Source of the DNA: an uncultured virus (IMG/VR IMGVR_UViG_3300000255_000001)
Taxonomy: Duplodnaviria > Heunggongvirae > Uroviricota > Caudoviricetes
DNA: 64,000 bases
Reading direction: 5' to 3' (one strand)
Virus record (IMG/VR): IMGVR_UViG_3300000255_000001
Both the position numbers and the translations under genes were made by a program. The notes below the pieces were generated by a model. The model did not search any database. It worked only from the letters and a program-made list of their open reading frames with translations, and was not told the origin of the DNA. Position 1 is the first letter of the stretch. Each line of letters begins with the position of its first letter. This document shows positions 9,502 through 19,305 of this stretch, piece after piece.

Positions 9502-10575
9502 ATGAAAAAGTATTTATTAGTAATGGTACTTTGTATTATATGCTCGCCCAATATCTATGCATATGATACAAACTTTTCACTACACGGATCCCGTGCTAGT
9601 TTTCTAATGATGGATAGTAAGTGGATGACACTTAACTATCTCCATCCAAACGCAAATAAAAATGGCATGAGAGCGGCCGCCAAAGCAAATGGCGACACCC
9701 ACATTTATCTGTATAGTCGTAATGCTGGAGACAATGGCGGCGGATTTAATTTAGGACAAATAAGTCCACAGGCAGATTGGGAAACACAACTAGATGTTCT
9801 AAACGCCTCAGGTTTAAAACCAGTTATGTGGTTAACCCCAGACGATAGCAGAGCGATTACTGTCCAATCTTTGGATGAACAAAAGGCGCATTTCAATGAA
9901 GTAGTGCGTAGGTTTGATAATAAGGTAACAGGATATGTCGCTTGTTTGGAATGCGATGAATATTGGTCTCCGGCAATGGTTAATGCGTTAGTTATACACT
10001 TAAAGTCAATTACTGATAAACCAGTTGGGGTTCATTTAACATCAGGCATTGGCGGCCACAAGGGCAAAAACGAGTATTATGCTAATGCAGATTATGTCTT
10101 CCTTCAAACAGGATGGAATAAGACTCCCGCAGAAATTACTGCAATGGTTAAACAAGCAATGGCTGTTACAGGCAAACCTGTTGTTGCTTCTGAATATGCA
10201 ACAGAAAGCAGAACAGCGGCCGCCAGAGCATTAGGTGATGCGGCGTGTCGTGCTGGTGCAATAGGCACAGGCAATGGCAGAAGTGTTACACTATGTGGAT
10301 ACGAAGCACCACCGCCACCAAAGAAAAAATATGACAATTACTATTATGCAGTTGGAGCACTTGTTATAGTTGCTATAGCAACTTATGTTAATTATGATTA
10401 TGATGCAACTGGAATTGAACTTAGATTTGATGCAACAGATAATTATTCCAGGTTTGGTGTTAAAAAAACATTTCAATTAACTGAGCAGAGTTCATTTAGT
10501 CTAGAGGTAGAAAATTATGAACAAGATTACAATGATGATAACCGGCTTCTTGTTAGTTATCAGTTTAGTTGGTAA
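9502..10575 (+). CDS. secreted glycoside-hydrolase-like protein with C-terminal outer-membrane anchor
   Basis: Signal peptide; clan GH-A-like LECDE and GKPVVASEY; Pro linker; ends LVSYQFSW. Confidence 0.55.
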   Translation: MKKYLLVMVLCIICSPNIYAYDTNFSLHGSRASFLMMDSKWMTLNYLHPNANKNGMRAAAKANGDTHIYLYSRNAGDNGGGFNLGQISPQADWETQLDVLNASGLKPVMWLTPDDSRAITVQSLDEQKAHFNEVVRRFDNKVTGYVACLECDEYWSPAMVNALVIHLKSITDKPVGVHLTSGIGGHKGKNEYYANADYVFLQTGWNKTPAEITAMVKQAMAVTGKPVVASEYATESRTAAARALGDAACRAGAIGTGNGRSVTLCGYEAPPPPKKKYDNYYYAVGALVIVAIATYVNYDYDATGIELRFDATDNYSRFGVKKTFQLTEQSSFSLEVENYEQDYNDDNRLLVSYQFSW

Positions 10576-10587
10576 GGCACATTGTAG

Positions 10588-10616
10588 TTGACTTATTAAT
10601 GTAATTATGCTATAGT
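10588..10616 (+). promoter_or_regulatory. sigma70 promoter, leaderless into ATG 10623
   Basis: TTGACT-17bp-TATAGT with extended TG. Confidence 0.7.
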
Positions 10617-10622
10617 AATACT

Positions 10623-10841
10623 ATGCAATATGAAATTAAATCCGGAAGAACTTTGTATATGACTAATGCAAGTTCTTCCATTCAAGCAGTTCAAAATTTT
10701 AAAGTATCTGTTGGGAATTTACCCGTTGATTCAGTTCATTATATAGGAAATATTTCAGTATTAGATAATGTTATAAATAATTTTGAGAAGGAAAAAGAAT
10801 CCTATTTCGATTACTGGACATTTAATAATGGCAAGCATTGA
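10623..10841 (+). CDS. hypothetical protein
   Basis: ORF directly after promoter. Confidence 0.6.
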   Translation: MQYEIKSGRTLYMTNASSSIQAVQNFKVSVGNLPVDSVHYIGNISVLDNVINNFEKEKESYFDYWTFNNGKH

Positions 10842-11883
10842 CATTAAAACTACTGTTGGCATTACACATATAGAATTACTAGACAATCCATTTGTTAAAA
10901 AATGGACAGATCATTTCTGTAAAATGTTAGATAGTTATAGTATAAAATATACAGTTCCGCCCACTCCAGTATATGAGATTGAACCCAGATCAATTCCAGA
11001 TACATTACAAGATATACAAAATTTAAAAAATGAAATTTATTCAATTAATAATTTAATAACAGATGGAGCAAAATTCCCATTTGATCCAGAAAGAATAACT
11101 ATTAATTCTATTCGTGATGATCATGATGAAGGACAGAAAATATTAAATGAAGTTCATCGTTATTTTACTACTGCTGGTAGATCGATGAATGAATTTAGAA
11201 ATCAAGGCACACATACTCGAGGATTATGGTCAGATAGTTTCCCTTCAGAATTTTCATGGGATGTTTCTTATGAATCAGAATTTTTTCATTCTCATGCTTT
11301 AGTTAATGATTACGTACATGCATTAGATAGATATCAAGCAACATCTAGAAAAAAACAAGGATATGATAAACAAGTAGTTAATCTTAGGTTTAGTTTTGAT
11401 AATAAAATAGGTGATTGTCGATTTGAAGAAGGAGCATTCCATCATATTTCATCACAGGATTATGCGTATGCTGATGATAATGAAGATCTTGATGTTTGGG
11501 TAAGTAATGCCATATTAGGAAAAGATTATATAGAAGCATGGTATGATCAAGATGATCCTTCTCAATGGGATGTCACACCTATTAATGGGCATAGTGGATG
11601 TTTTAAAATTAACGTATACAATCGTTGGCATTATCATAGAAGTGAAGAAGGTCGCTTGATACAACATTTAGTAAAAAGTAATGAGTTTCAAAATTGGTTA
11701 AAAGAACATAATGTTGAATACCATCCTTCTATGTGCGGTATGCCATTGGGTAAGGTAACACGTGGTAAAAATTTACTTAATTGGATGAAAATACCTCCAC
11801 GAGATTGTCCATTATCTCCTTGGATTACAAATAATAATAATCAATGGATAAACAGATCTTTCGAGGTAATTTTAAATGTATAG
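10828..11883 (+). CDS. hypothetical protein, paralog of 28680..29639
   Basis: Shared PFVxKW, HRYFTTA, LGKDYI, DDPxxWD, MCGxPLGKV. Confidence 0.8.
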   Translation: MASIDIKTTVGITHIELLDNPFVKKWTDHFCKMLDSYSIKYTVPPTPVYEIEPRSIPDTLQDIQNLKNEIYSINNLITDGAKFPFDPERITINSIRDDHDEGQKILNEVHRYFTTAGRSMNEFRNQGTHTRGLWSDSFPSEFSWDVSYESEFFHSHALVNDYVHALDRYQATSRKKQGYDKQVVNLRFSFDNKIGDCRFEEGAFHHISSQDYAYADDNEDLDVWVSNAILGKDYIEAWYDQDDPSQWDVTPINGHSGCFKINVYNRWHYHRSEEGRLIQHLVKSNEFQNWLKEHNVEYHPSMCGMPLGKVTRGKNLLNWMKIPPRDCPLSPWITNNNNQWINRSFEVILNV

Positions 11884-12196
11884 ACCTTTACCAAATGGAA
11901 TAACAATAGGACAGTCCAAAATTGAAGGAATTGGTTTAATTGCAACCAGAAATTTTGATAAGGACATTGTATTGGGCATCGCTCATATTGCGAATAAGAA
12001 TTTTCCACATGGGTATATACGCACTGCATTAGGAGCTTTTTATAATCATAATAATAATCCAAATTGTAAAACAATGAATGGATTTTGGCATCAAATTCCT
12101 GTTAAGTATCTCGTTACGATTAAAAAAATTCAACCTAATGATGAATTAACAGCAGAATATTCTTTATATGTAGTAGAGGAAGATAATTGGGAATGA
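11876..12196 (+). CDS. minimal SET-domain protein
   Basis: SKIEGIGLIA, FYNHNNNPNC, DELTAEY. Confidence 0.85.
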   Translation: MYRPLPNGITIGQSKIEGIGLIATRNFDKDIVLGIAHIANKNFPHGYIRTALGAFYNHNNNPNCKTMNGFWHQIPVKYLVTIKKIQPNDELTAEYSLYVVEEDNWE

Positions 12197-13272
12197 ACAT
12201 AATAGCTCTAAATAAAGAATTAAATATTGATGATTTAAATCAAACTACAGAAATAGAATTAACATTTGATAATATATGTAACTTATCTTGTAGTTATTGT
12301 GATAGTTCCAAAAGTTCATCATGGGCCCTTAATATAAATTTGAATGGTGCTTTTAATTTACAAACAAGTAATTTATATAATGAAGTTTTTGAGTTTGATG
12401 GGCGGTTAATTCAAAAAAACTTAATTAAATTTATTAGTTGGTGGCATAATAATAGTAATCAAGTAACAGTACTCAAGATAAATGGTGGTGAACCAATATT
12501 ATCACAATATTTTTGGAAATTCATTCATAATATTTCAAAATCCCCTAATCCAGAATTAAATTTAATTATTGTATCCAATTTAGTCTATGATCCTGGCCAG
12601 CTTGATAAGTTATATGATGTAAGTGATAAATTTAAATCTATACAAATAATAGCAAGTATAGATGTCAATAATGGTATTTGCGATTTTTTAAGAGCAGGCG
12701 GCGGTTATTTAAGACAGAAAAATAATATTATGAGATCACTTGGTGCACCTATTAATTGTTTTCTTACATTGCAAAATGTTATTAGTGTATTTTCTGTTTG
12801 GTATTATAGTTCATTTATAGAGTATAATATAGAATTAAGAAAACACAGTTCAACTTCAAGATTTGATAGTTTAGAAGCACTTTTAAATCCTAGTGAATGG
12901 TCACGCTTTGCAACGATCCCAGGCAATCTTAGACCTTTTAGTAGTATTATATTAACATCTCCGTCTTTTCAAAGTATATTAATGTTACCTACACATTTAA
13001 GAGAATATTTGTATGAAGATATATTTACTACATATAGTTCTCTAAAAAGTGAGTTACATAAACCAGATAAAAATACCATTATTAGATGTTTAAATTATAT
13101 CCAATCTGCTAAATTTCCAGATAATCTGGAATCAAATAGATTAAGTATGGAACGAGATCTTAAAAAATTTATAATCGAATATGAAAAAATAGTTCGTAAT
13201 GACGATAAAGAATTCACATCAATATCTTCTATATTTCCTAAAGTATTTGTAGATTGGCTGGATACTATATAA
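12193..13272 (+). CDS. radical SAM protein
   Basis: CNLSCSYC, GGEP, ASID. Confidence 0.85.
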   Translation: MNIIALNKELNIDDLNQTTEIELTFDNICNLSCSYCDSSKSSSWALNINLNGAFNLQTSNLYNEVFEFDGRLIQKNLIKFISWWHNNSNQVTVLKINGGEPILSQYFWKFIHNISKSPNPELNLIIVSNLVYDPGQLDKLYDVSDKFKSIQIIASIDVNNGICDFLRAGGGYLRQKNNIMRSLGAPINCFLTLQNVISVFSVWYYSSFIEYNIELRKHSSTSRFDSLEALLNPSEWSRFATIPGNLRPFSSIILTSPSFQSILMLPTHLREYLYEDIFTTYSSLKSELHKPDKNTIIRCLNYIQSAKFPDNLESNRLSMERDLKKFIIEYEKIVRNDDKEFTSISSIFPKVFVDWLDTI

Positions 13273-13311
13273 TACGGTAATATATAATATATTATTTCTT
13301 TCTTAAATAAC

Positions 13312-13373
13312 AAACTAGGGGTGGATGGTTATGGATCACATATATAGGGTATATAATCATCGCTGACTAGTTT
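13312..13373 (+). other. long imperfect hairpin in 5' UTR (candidate cis-regulatory RNA)
   Basis: AAACTAG/CTAGTTT outer stem, GATGGTTAT/ATAATCATC inner stem, just after TAAATA at 13304. Confidence 0.5.
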
Positions 13374-13394
13374 AGCAACTTATTGGAGAATAAT

Positions 13395-13610
13395 ATGAAG
13401 GCAATAGTAATTGCAGCTTTAATTACAGGTTTTTCAATTAGTTCAGTTTATGCGTCGGATCACGGCGATGCCGCATGGCAAGCTCATGTCGGTACAGTTG
13501 GCACTCCAGCACCATGTGAAATGGTAATGGATCGTGGTGGTCCAGTTGAAGTTTGCGGTACAATATTTCTAGGTCATGAGTTGACAAAGGAAGATTTACT
13601 AGCAAAGTAA
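13395..13610 (+). CDS. small secreted protein
   Basis: GGAG RBS; signal peptide ending SSVYA; mature part has 3 His and 2 Cys. Confidence 0.7.
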   Translation: MKAIVIAALITGFSISSVYASDHGDAAWQAHVGTVGTPAPCEMVMDRGGPVEVCGTIFLGHELTKEDLLAK

Positions 13611-13665
13611 ACTATATAGCATAATTGAATCATTCGACAATAATAATTAAACGCTAAAAACACGG

Positions 13666-13690
13666 AAAGGGCCCGCTATAGGGCCCTTTT
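13666..13690. terminator. bidirectional intrinsic terminator
   Basis: AAAGGGCCC-gctata-GGGCCCTTTT between convergent genes. Confidence 0.85.
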
Positions 13691-13721
13691 CACTTATTAA
13701 ATCCATAGACTTGGTTTTAAC

Positions 13722-14093
13722 TTACGAGTGTTTCTTTTTTTCCGAAGCACCATTTTTATGTACGTCTTTGCGTATTACTTTTTCAAGTTTTAAATATGCT
13801 AATCTTTCGTTAGGAACATATCTCCAAACTACGCCTCTATCATTTACTTTTTCAAATACTGTTTTAGTAACACCAATTGCTATAATAACTGCTTCTTCAT
13901 CATCCAATATTACAATGTCACCGGGATTAAATGCGTTACTTAATTTAAATTTTATTCCTTTTGCTAAGGATGTTGCCCAATCTTTAATCATCATTGCCAT
14001 AATTATGCTTACTAGTATAGTAAGCCAAGGCATTAAAAATGTTGTAAGTTGCATACTAGTTGTTAGAGATAGTTCTTCAATATTCATATACAA
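13722..14093 (-). CDS. MscS-like small membrane protein
   Basis: TM helix followed by AFNPGDIVILD...IGVTKT...YVPNERL beta-domain. Confidence 0.7.
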   Translation of the reverse strand: MYMNIEELSLTTSMQLTTFLMPWLTILVSIIMAMMIKDWATSLAKGIKFKLSNAFNPGDIVILDDEEAVIIAIGVTKTVFEKVNDRGVVWRYVPNERLAYLKLEKVIRKDVHKNGASEKKKHS

Positions 14094-14120
14094 ATTTTCC
14101 TATTTGTGTAAATATTATTT

Positions 14121-14768
14121 ATGGTAAAGAAGGTAGCATTTTGTATAGGCAATGGTCAATCTCGTAAGGGGTATGATCTAGAGAAATTACGGGACGTTGG
14201 TCCATTATATGGCTGTGGCGCAATTTGGCGTGACCATCACGTGGATAATTTAATTTGTTGTGATAAATTTAGAGCAAAAGATGCCGCAGAGCATCACGTA
14301 GAAATGCGTTCAAATTTTTATACGCGAGTAGATTATATCCCACATTTAGAGGCAGTAGGTATTAAACCACTGCCATCACTTCCTTATTTTGGATTAGAAC
14401 CGCATGAACAACCTTCAGGTTGGGATAGTGGTTTATATGCTGTACATACCGCTATACACGAAAAAGCAGATGTAATAATGTTGCTTGGTTATGACTTTTA
14501 TGGTTGGGGTAAAAATCAAAGTAGAGTTAACAACATATACAAGAGAACAAAACATTATAATAAAGAGAAAAAACCACGTGATCCAATTACGTGGATTAAC
14601 CAATTTCAATTGTTGTTTAAAACGCATTATACAGTAACATTTATTTTTATTAAACCTGAAAATTATCCACATCCGCCAGAGTTTGACTCGTGGAGGTATG
14701 TATTGTTTGATACGTATGAGGGATTGGATAGGTTTGCTAGTAAAAAACTAGACGATATACACAATTAA
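14121..14768 (+). CDS. DUF115/glycosyltransferase-like Rossmann protein
   Basis: CIGNGQSR, YGCGAIWRD, SGLYA, LLGYDF, NNIY. Confidence 0.6.
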   Translation: MVKKVAFCIGNGQSRKGYDLEKLRDVGPLYGCGAIWRDHHVDNLICCDKFRAKDAAEHHVEMRSNFYTRVDYIPHLEAVGIKPLPSLPYFGLEPHEQPSGWDSGLYAVHTAIHEKADVIMLLGYDFYGWGKNQSRVNNIYKRTKHYNKEKKPRDPITWINQFQLLFKTHYTVTFIFIKPENYPHPPEFDSWRYVLFDTYEGLDRFASKKLDDIHN

Positions 14769-16396
14769 AGTTGTGGTGTAGTTTCTTCTTGATCAGCAGG
14801 TATTTCGTGTTTTGCGGCCGCTTGTTCCTTATCAAGTTTTTCCCAATCAGCAAGCTCTTTAAGTAATGGACCCATTTCTACAACATTACGTATAGCGGTT
14901 TCGGCCCAGTTAGTTCTAAATCTGACCAATCTTTCTTTTGTTGTAAACCCTGGTGGGTTACCACCAACAGGGGCACCATATATAATAAGTTCGTGCATTT
15001 TAGCACCAATTTTACTGTTTATTTTTAAATTATATCCTTTAAGTGCTTTCAGTAAAGGTTCACCAAATTGTAATTCGTAATATGCTTTTTTAGCAGATGG
15101 ACTTAAAATAACCATATAAACGCCTTCTTCTCTTCTAGTGGCATGATAATTTATTGCATCCCATAGTTGTTCAATAAATTTTGCTTCTTTTGTTTCATTA
15201 TCGCCCGCTAACATTGCATTTATTTGAGTTACTGCTTCACTATATGCTTGCCCAATTGGAGAATTGGTACCTTTATTAGCACCATAATTATAATTTCTAA
15301 TTTCAGTAGCACTCATATTTGGACGATTTCCTGAATCTGCAAATTGCCACTTTTGCTTTTTATCGTCTGAAAATTGAACTCCTACATGGTTAAAGAATTC
15401 TTGTATTTTTTCAAATGAAGCACCACTTACTTGACCAAATTGCTCAACTGTTTGTGCTTTAAGACTGATTAAGTTCAAATATTTTATTTGTTGTCCACCA
15501 TAGTAAATTTTCAAATCTACTTTTGTAGATTTTTGATTTGATGCATCTGCTCCATCACTTGCTACTAGTATTTGTTTTTTTACTTGATCGCTGTATGCAT
15601 GTTCAATAGCTTGTTTAACTCTAGGAGAAGATAATCCATAAAGTGCCGCATCTAACCACATTTGATTCAGAACCTTTAGTCTTTCTTTAGCTACACCTAG
15701 TTTACTTAATGCGTTTCCTTCTTCTAATACGCCACCTGTCTCCACTAATGCTTTAAATACCATACCATCAGCTCTAGGTAAAGATAAGTTAAATTTTAAA
15801 GGATCCATTGGTTTTGCATCTGTTTGTATTTCTATTTCTAAGTTTTCATTTTGAATTAGTTTTTTTGCAAGTTTTTGTGATTCTGATGCTAATTGTTCTT
15901 GACTCCAAGTCGGATTACCTTGTTCATCATGTAATTTTGTGCCTTGTTTAAAACAAACAGACATTACACAACCCATAATTGCTTCTGCTACAGATCCTAT
16001 AGTCCATTTAAGTGACCCAGTAGAATGTTCATCTTTTACTATATTGCTAATATAGATATTTTGCCACCCACCTTGGTCGTTTTGGGCGGTAAGTGCTTCT
16101 TCTCCAGAGTCTGTTTGTACTTCAAGTTTAACTTCAGCTGCTTGTGCTAAATCACCTGAGTCAAGTATTGCATTTAAGTCTCTTCTAACTCTTTTGGGAT
16201 TTAGAATTCTGCCGTGTATAATATGCGGAGGAATCTTACCACTCCATTTACCACCACCTATATTAAAATTATACGTTTGATTAGCACCAATGCCTTTAAT
16301 GAGATTTTTAATGTATTGACCATCGTGTTTTTTTACTTCAGACGCCGTCATTGTTTTGACCATGTCTGCTTCAATTAAAAATTCATGATACTTCAT
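14765..16396 (-). CDS. putative internal head protein with PD-(D/E)xK-like nuclease motif
   Basis: N-terminus MKYHEFLIE|A; GSVAEAI, STKVDL...ISLKA. Confidence 0.55.
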   Translation of the reverse strand: MKYHEFLIEADMVKTMTASEVKKHDGQYIKNLIKGIGANQTYNFNIGGGKWSGKIPPHIIHGRILNPKRVRRDLNAILDSGDLAQAAEVKLEVQTDSGEEALTAQNDQGGWQNIYISNIVKDEHSTGSLKWTIGSVAEAIMGCVMSVCFKQGTKLHDEQGNPTWSQEQLASESQKLAKKLIQNENLEIEIQTDAKPMDPLKFNLSLPRADGMVFKALVETGGVLEEGNALSKLGVAKERLKVLNQMWLDAALYGLSSPRVKQAIEHAYSDQVKKQILVASDGADASNQKSTKVDLKIYYGGQQIKYLNLISLKAQTVEQFGQVSGASFEKIQEFFNHVGVQFSDDKKQKWQFADSGNRPNMSATEIRNYNYGANKGTNSPIGQAYSEAVTQINAMLAGDNETKEAKFIEQLWDAINYHATRREEGVYMVILSPSAKKAYYELQFGEPLLKALKGYNLKINSKIGAKMHELIIYGAPVGGNPPGFTTKERLVRFRTNWAETAIRNVVEMGPLLKELADWEKLDKEQAAAKHEIPADQEETTPQL

Positions 16397-16704
16397 TAAT
16401 TCTTTGCGCCTTGTTGTGCTTTATTCAATTTATCTTTCAAATCCTTAGCATAGTCTTTACCAGACTGTTCTAAATTAGGATCTACTTTTCCGGTAGTAAT
16501 AGTTGTGCCCAATGCTTTGTTAAATTTTGTTTCATCACTTGGTTCTGCTTTATCAGGACCTTGCTCTGTATTTTGTTCTGCTTTATTCACTAGTTGTTGC
16601 CCGGCGTCACGCACTTGTTTATTCAAAGGACTAACAGCCTTAGGACGGTTATGAGAAATCGTGCCTTGTGGTGTTTCTTCTATAAGAATTTCAGAAATTT
16701 TCAT
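16396..16704 (-). CDS. putative internal head protein
   Basis: N-terminus MKISEILIE|E; TATAAATA on the minus strand upstream. Confidence 0.6.
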   Translation of the reverse strand: MKISEILIEETPQGTISHNRPKAVSPLNKQVRDAGQQLVNKAEQNTEQGPDKAEPSDETKFNKALGTTITTGKVDPNLEQSGKDYAKDLKDKLNKAQQGAKN

Positions 16705-16815
16705 AATACTACCATATTTGTTTTCTATATTTATACTATCTGTTAGTTAAAAATAGTTTTGCTATTAAGTCGGAGGGATTGTAAACTAAATATACATAAC
16801 ACAGGAGCGTGATAC

Positions 16816-18756
16816 ATGGTAAGCAAATTACTTAAAGAGTATTCTTCTAACTATCAAAGTAAAAAAGAGATAGAAATAACATTAGAAGAATATTTAACAT
16901 TATGTAAGAAAGATCCATTGGCTTATGCTACATCTGCTGAACGCATGTTAGCAGCTATCGGAGACCCAGAACACGTCGATACTTCAGAAGATTCAAGATT
17001 GTCTCGTATATTCTTGAATAGAACATTAAGAGTTTTCCCAGCATTTAAAGATTTTTATGGATTAGAAGATACAGTTGAACGAATTGTAGGCTTCTTTAAA
17101 CACGCCGCGCAAGGATTGGAAGAACGCAAACAAATATTATATTTGCTTGGTCCAGTAGGTGGCGGCAAGAGTTCTTTAGCAGAACGACTAAAAGAACTAA
17201 TGGAAACATATCCAATATATGTTCTTAAAGCAGGCGATACAATTAGTCCTGTGTATGAAAGTCCGTTATCATTATTTGATCCAGAAGTATATGGTGACCA
17301 ACTTGAAAAAGAATATAAAGTGCCAAAACGTTATCTCACCGGCTTGTTAAGTCCGTGGGCAATTAAACGTTTGGACGAATTTGACGGAGATATTACTAAA
17401 TTTTCCGTAGTTAAATTACAGCCTAGCAAATTAAAGCAAATTGCTGTAGTAAAAACAGAACCAGGTGATGAAAATAACCAAGATATAAGTGCTCTAGTAG
17501 GCAAAACAGACATTCGCCAATTAGAATACTTTTCACAACATGATCCAGATTCATATGCATTTAGTGGTGCATTGTGTAAGGGCAACCAAGGCCTTATGGA
17601 GTTTGTAGAAATGTTTAAAGCACCAATTAAAGTGCTACATCCACTATTAACTGCTACACAAGAAGGCAACTACATGGGCACAGAAGGTATTAGTGCTATC
17701 CCATTTAGTGGCACAATTTTAGCACATAGTAATGAATCAGAATGGACATCATTTAAAAACAACAAAAATAACGAAGCGTTTTTAGATCGTGTATATGTTG
17801 TTAAAGTTCCTTATTGTTTGCGTATAGATGAGGAAATTAAGATTTATGATAAGATGCTAACATCTAGTGGATTAGCAAATCATGCGTGTGCCCCACAAAC
17901 ACTAGATATGTTAGGACAGTTTTCAATTTTAAGCAGATTACTTGAGCATGAAAACAGCAATTTGTTTTCCAAAATGCAAGTGTATAATGGTAAGAACTTA
18001 AAGGATACGGATCCGCAAGCAAAGAGTCTACAGGAGTATAAAGATACTGCTGGAGTAGACGAAGGCATGTCAGGTTCATCGACACGTTTTGCTTTTAAGA
18101 TTTTATCTCAGACATTCAACTTTGACACAGCGGAGATAGCCGCTGATCCAGTACATCTAATGTTTGTATTGGAACAAGCGATAAAACGCGAGCAATTTGG
18201 TGAGGAAAAAGAAAAAGCACTCATTTATTATATTAAAGAGTGGCTCTCGCCAAAGTATGCTGATTTTATCGGCAATGAAATACAGAAAGCATATTTAGAA
18301 AGTTATAGTGATTATGGACAAAACTTGTTTGATCGTTATATTCAATATGCTGACCATTGGATACAAGAGATAGATTTTAAGGATCCTGATACAGGCAACC
18401 TCTTTAATCGTGACGTATTAAACGACGAACTAGAGAAAATAGAAAAGCCAGCAGGCATTGCTAACCCTAAAGACTTCCGTAGTGAAGTAGTCAACTTTGT
18501 TCTACGCGCTAAAGCAAAGAACAAAGGTAAAAATCCAAAATGGTCAAGTTACGAGAAACTACGTGAAATTATAGAGAAGAAAATGTTTGCGTCTACAGAG
18601 GAATTACTTCCAATTATTTCCTTTGGTAATAAGCAAAATAAAGATGATCAACAAAAGCATGACGATTTTGTAGAGCGTATGGAGTCAAAAGGCTATACAG
18701 AACGTCAAGTGCGCCGCCTCGTGGAGTGGTTTATGCGGACCCAGAAGTCAAGTTAA
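16816..18756 (+). CDS. prkA: PrkA/YeaG-family AAA+ protein
   Basis: LLGPVGGGKSSLAE Walker A; PGDENNQDISALVGK; EMFKAPIKVLHPLL. Confidence 0.97.
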   Translation: MVSKLLKEYSSNYQSKKEIEITLEEYLTLCKKDPLAYATSAERMLAAIGDPEHVDTSEDSRLSRIFLNRTLRVFPAFKDFYGLEDTVERIVGFFKHAAQGLEERKQILYLLGPVGGGKSSLAERLKELMETYPIYVLKAGDTISPVYESPLSLFDPEVYGDQLEKEYKVPKRYLTGLLSPWAIKRLDEFDGDITKFSVVKLQPSKLKQIAVVKTEPGDENNQDISALVGKTDIRQLEYFSQHDPDSYAFSGALCKGNQGLMEFVEMFKAPIKVLHPLLTATQEGNYMGTEGISAIPFSGTILAHSNESEWTSFKNNKNNEAFLDRVYVVKVPYCLRIDEEIKIYDKMLTSSGLANHACAPQTLDMLGQFSILSRLLEHENSNLFSKMQVYNGKNLKDTDPQAKSLQEYKDTAGVDEGMSGSSTRFAFKILSQTFNFDTAEIAADPVHLMFVLEQAIKREQFGEEKEKALIYYIKEWLSPKYADFIGNEIQKAYLESYSDYGQNLFDRYIQYADHWIQEIDFKDPDTGNLFNRDVLNDELEKIEKPAGIANPKDFRSEVVNFVLRAKAKNKGKNPKWSSYEKLREIIEKKMFASTEELLPIISFGNKQNKDDQQKHDDFVERMESKGYTERQVRRLVEWFMRTQKSS

Positions 18757-18783
18757 GTATTATAATGCGAGTTAAATACTATC

Positions 18784-19305
18784 ATGCATAAACATCATAT
18801 TATACCAAAACATATGGGTGGCACTGATGATTCCTCTAATATAGTTAAGCTGTCTGTGGAAGATCATTCACTTGCTCATAAAGCACTATATGAACAACAC
18901 GGCCACTGGGAAGATAAACTTGCTTGGCGGGCGTTATCTGGTATTATTGCTAAAGAAGACGTTATACTTGAGCTACAACGCGAAGCAGGGCGTAGAGTAA
19001 AATCCCCTGAAGAGCGAGCAAAGTTAAGTAAAAGTTTAACGGGCAGAACAGCATCTTTAGAGCATAGGGCAAATATAAGTAAAGGCTTGAGACTCAAGCA
19101 TAGCCTACGCCCAACATCTGCTGAAACAAAAGCAAAGATGGTAAAGGCTCATACTGGATATAAACACACACCCGAAACAAAAGAAAAGCTCAGCCTAATT
19201 GCTTCAAAAAGAATACCATCAGAATCAACTAAGAAAAAAATCAGTGAATCAATGAAAGCCTATAGAAAATCGCAACGAGATGATTCATGCCCAAGCATAT
19301 TATAG
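18784..19305 (+). mobile_element. free-standing HNH/NUMOD3 homing endonuclease
   Basis: HKHHIIPKHMGGTD..SNIV.L...H..AH; HTPETKEKLS-type NUMOD3 repeats. Confidence 0.9.

Noticed and set aside
18757..19305. Group I intron or intein carrying the HNH gene
   Set aside because: prkA and yeaH are each complete and there is no room for an intron core; the gene is free-standing.
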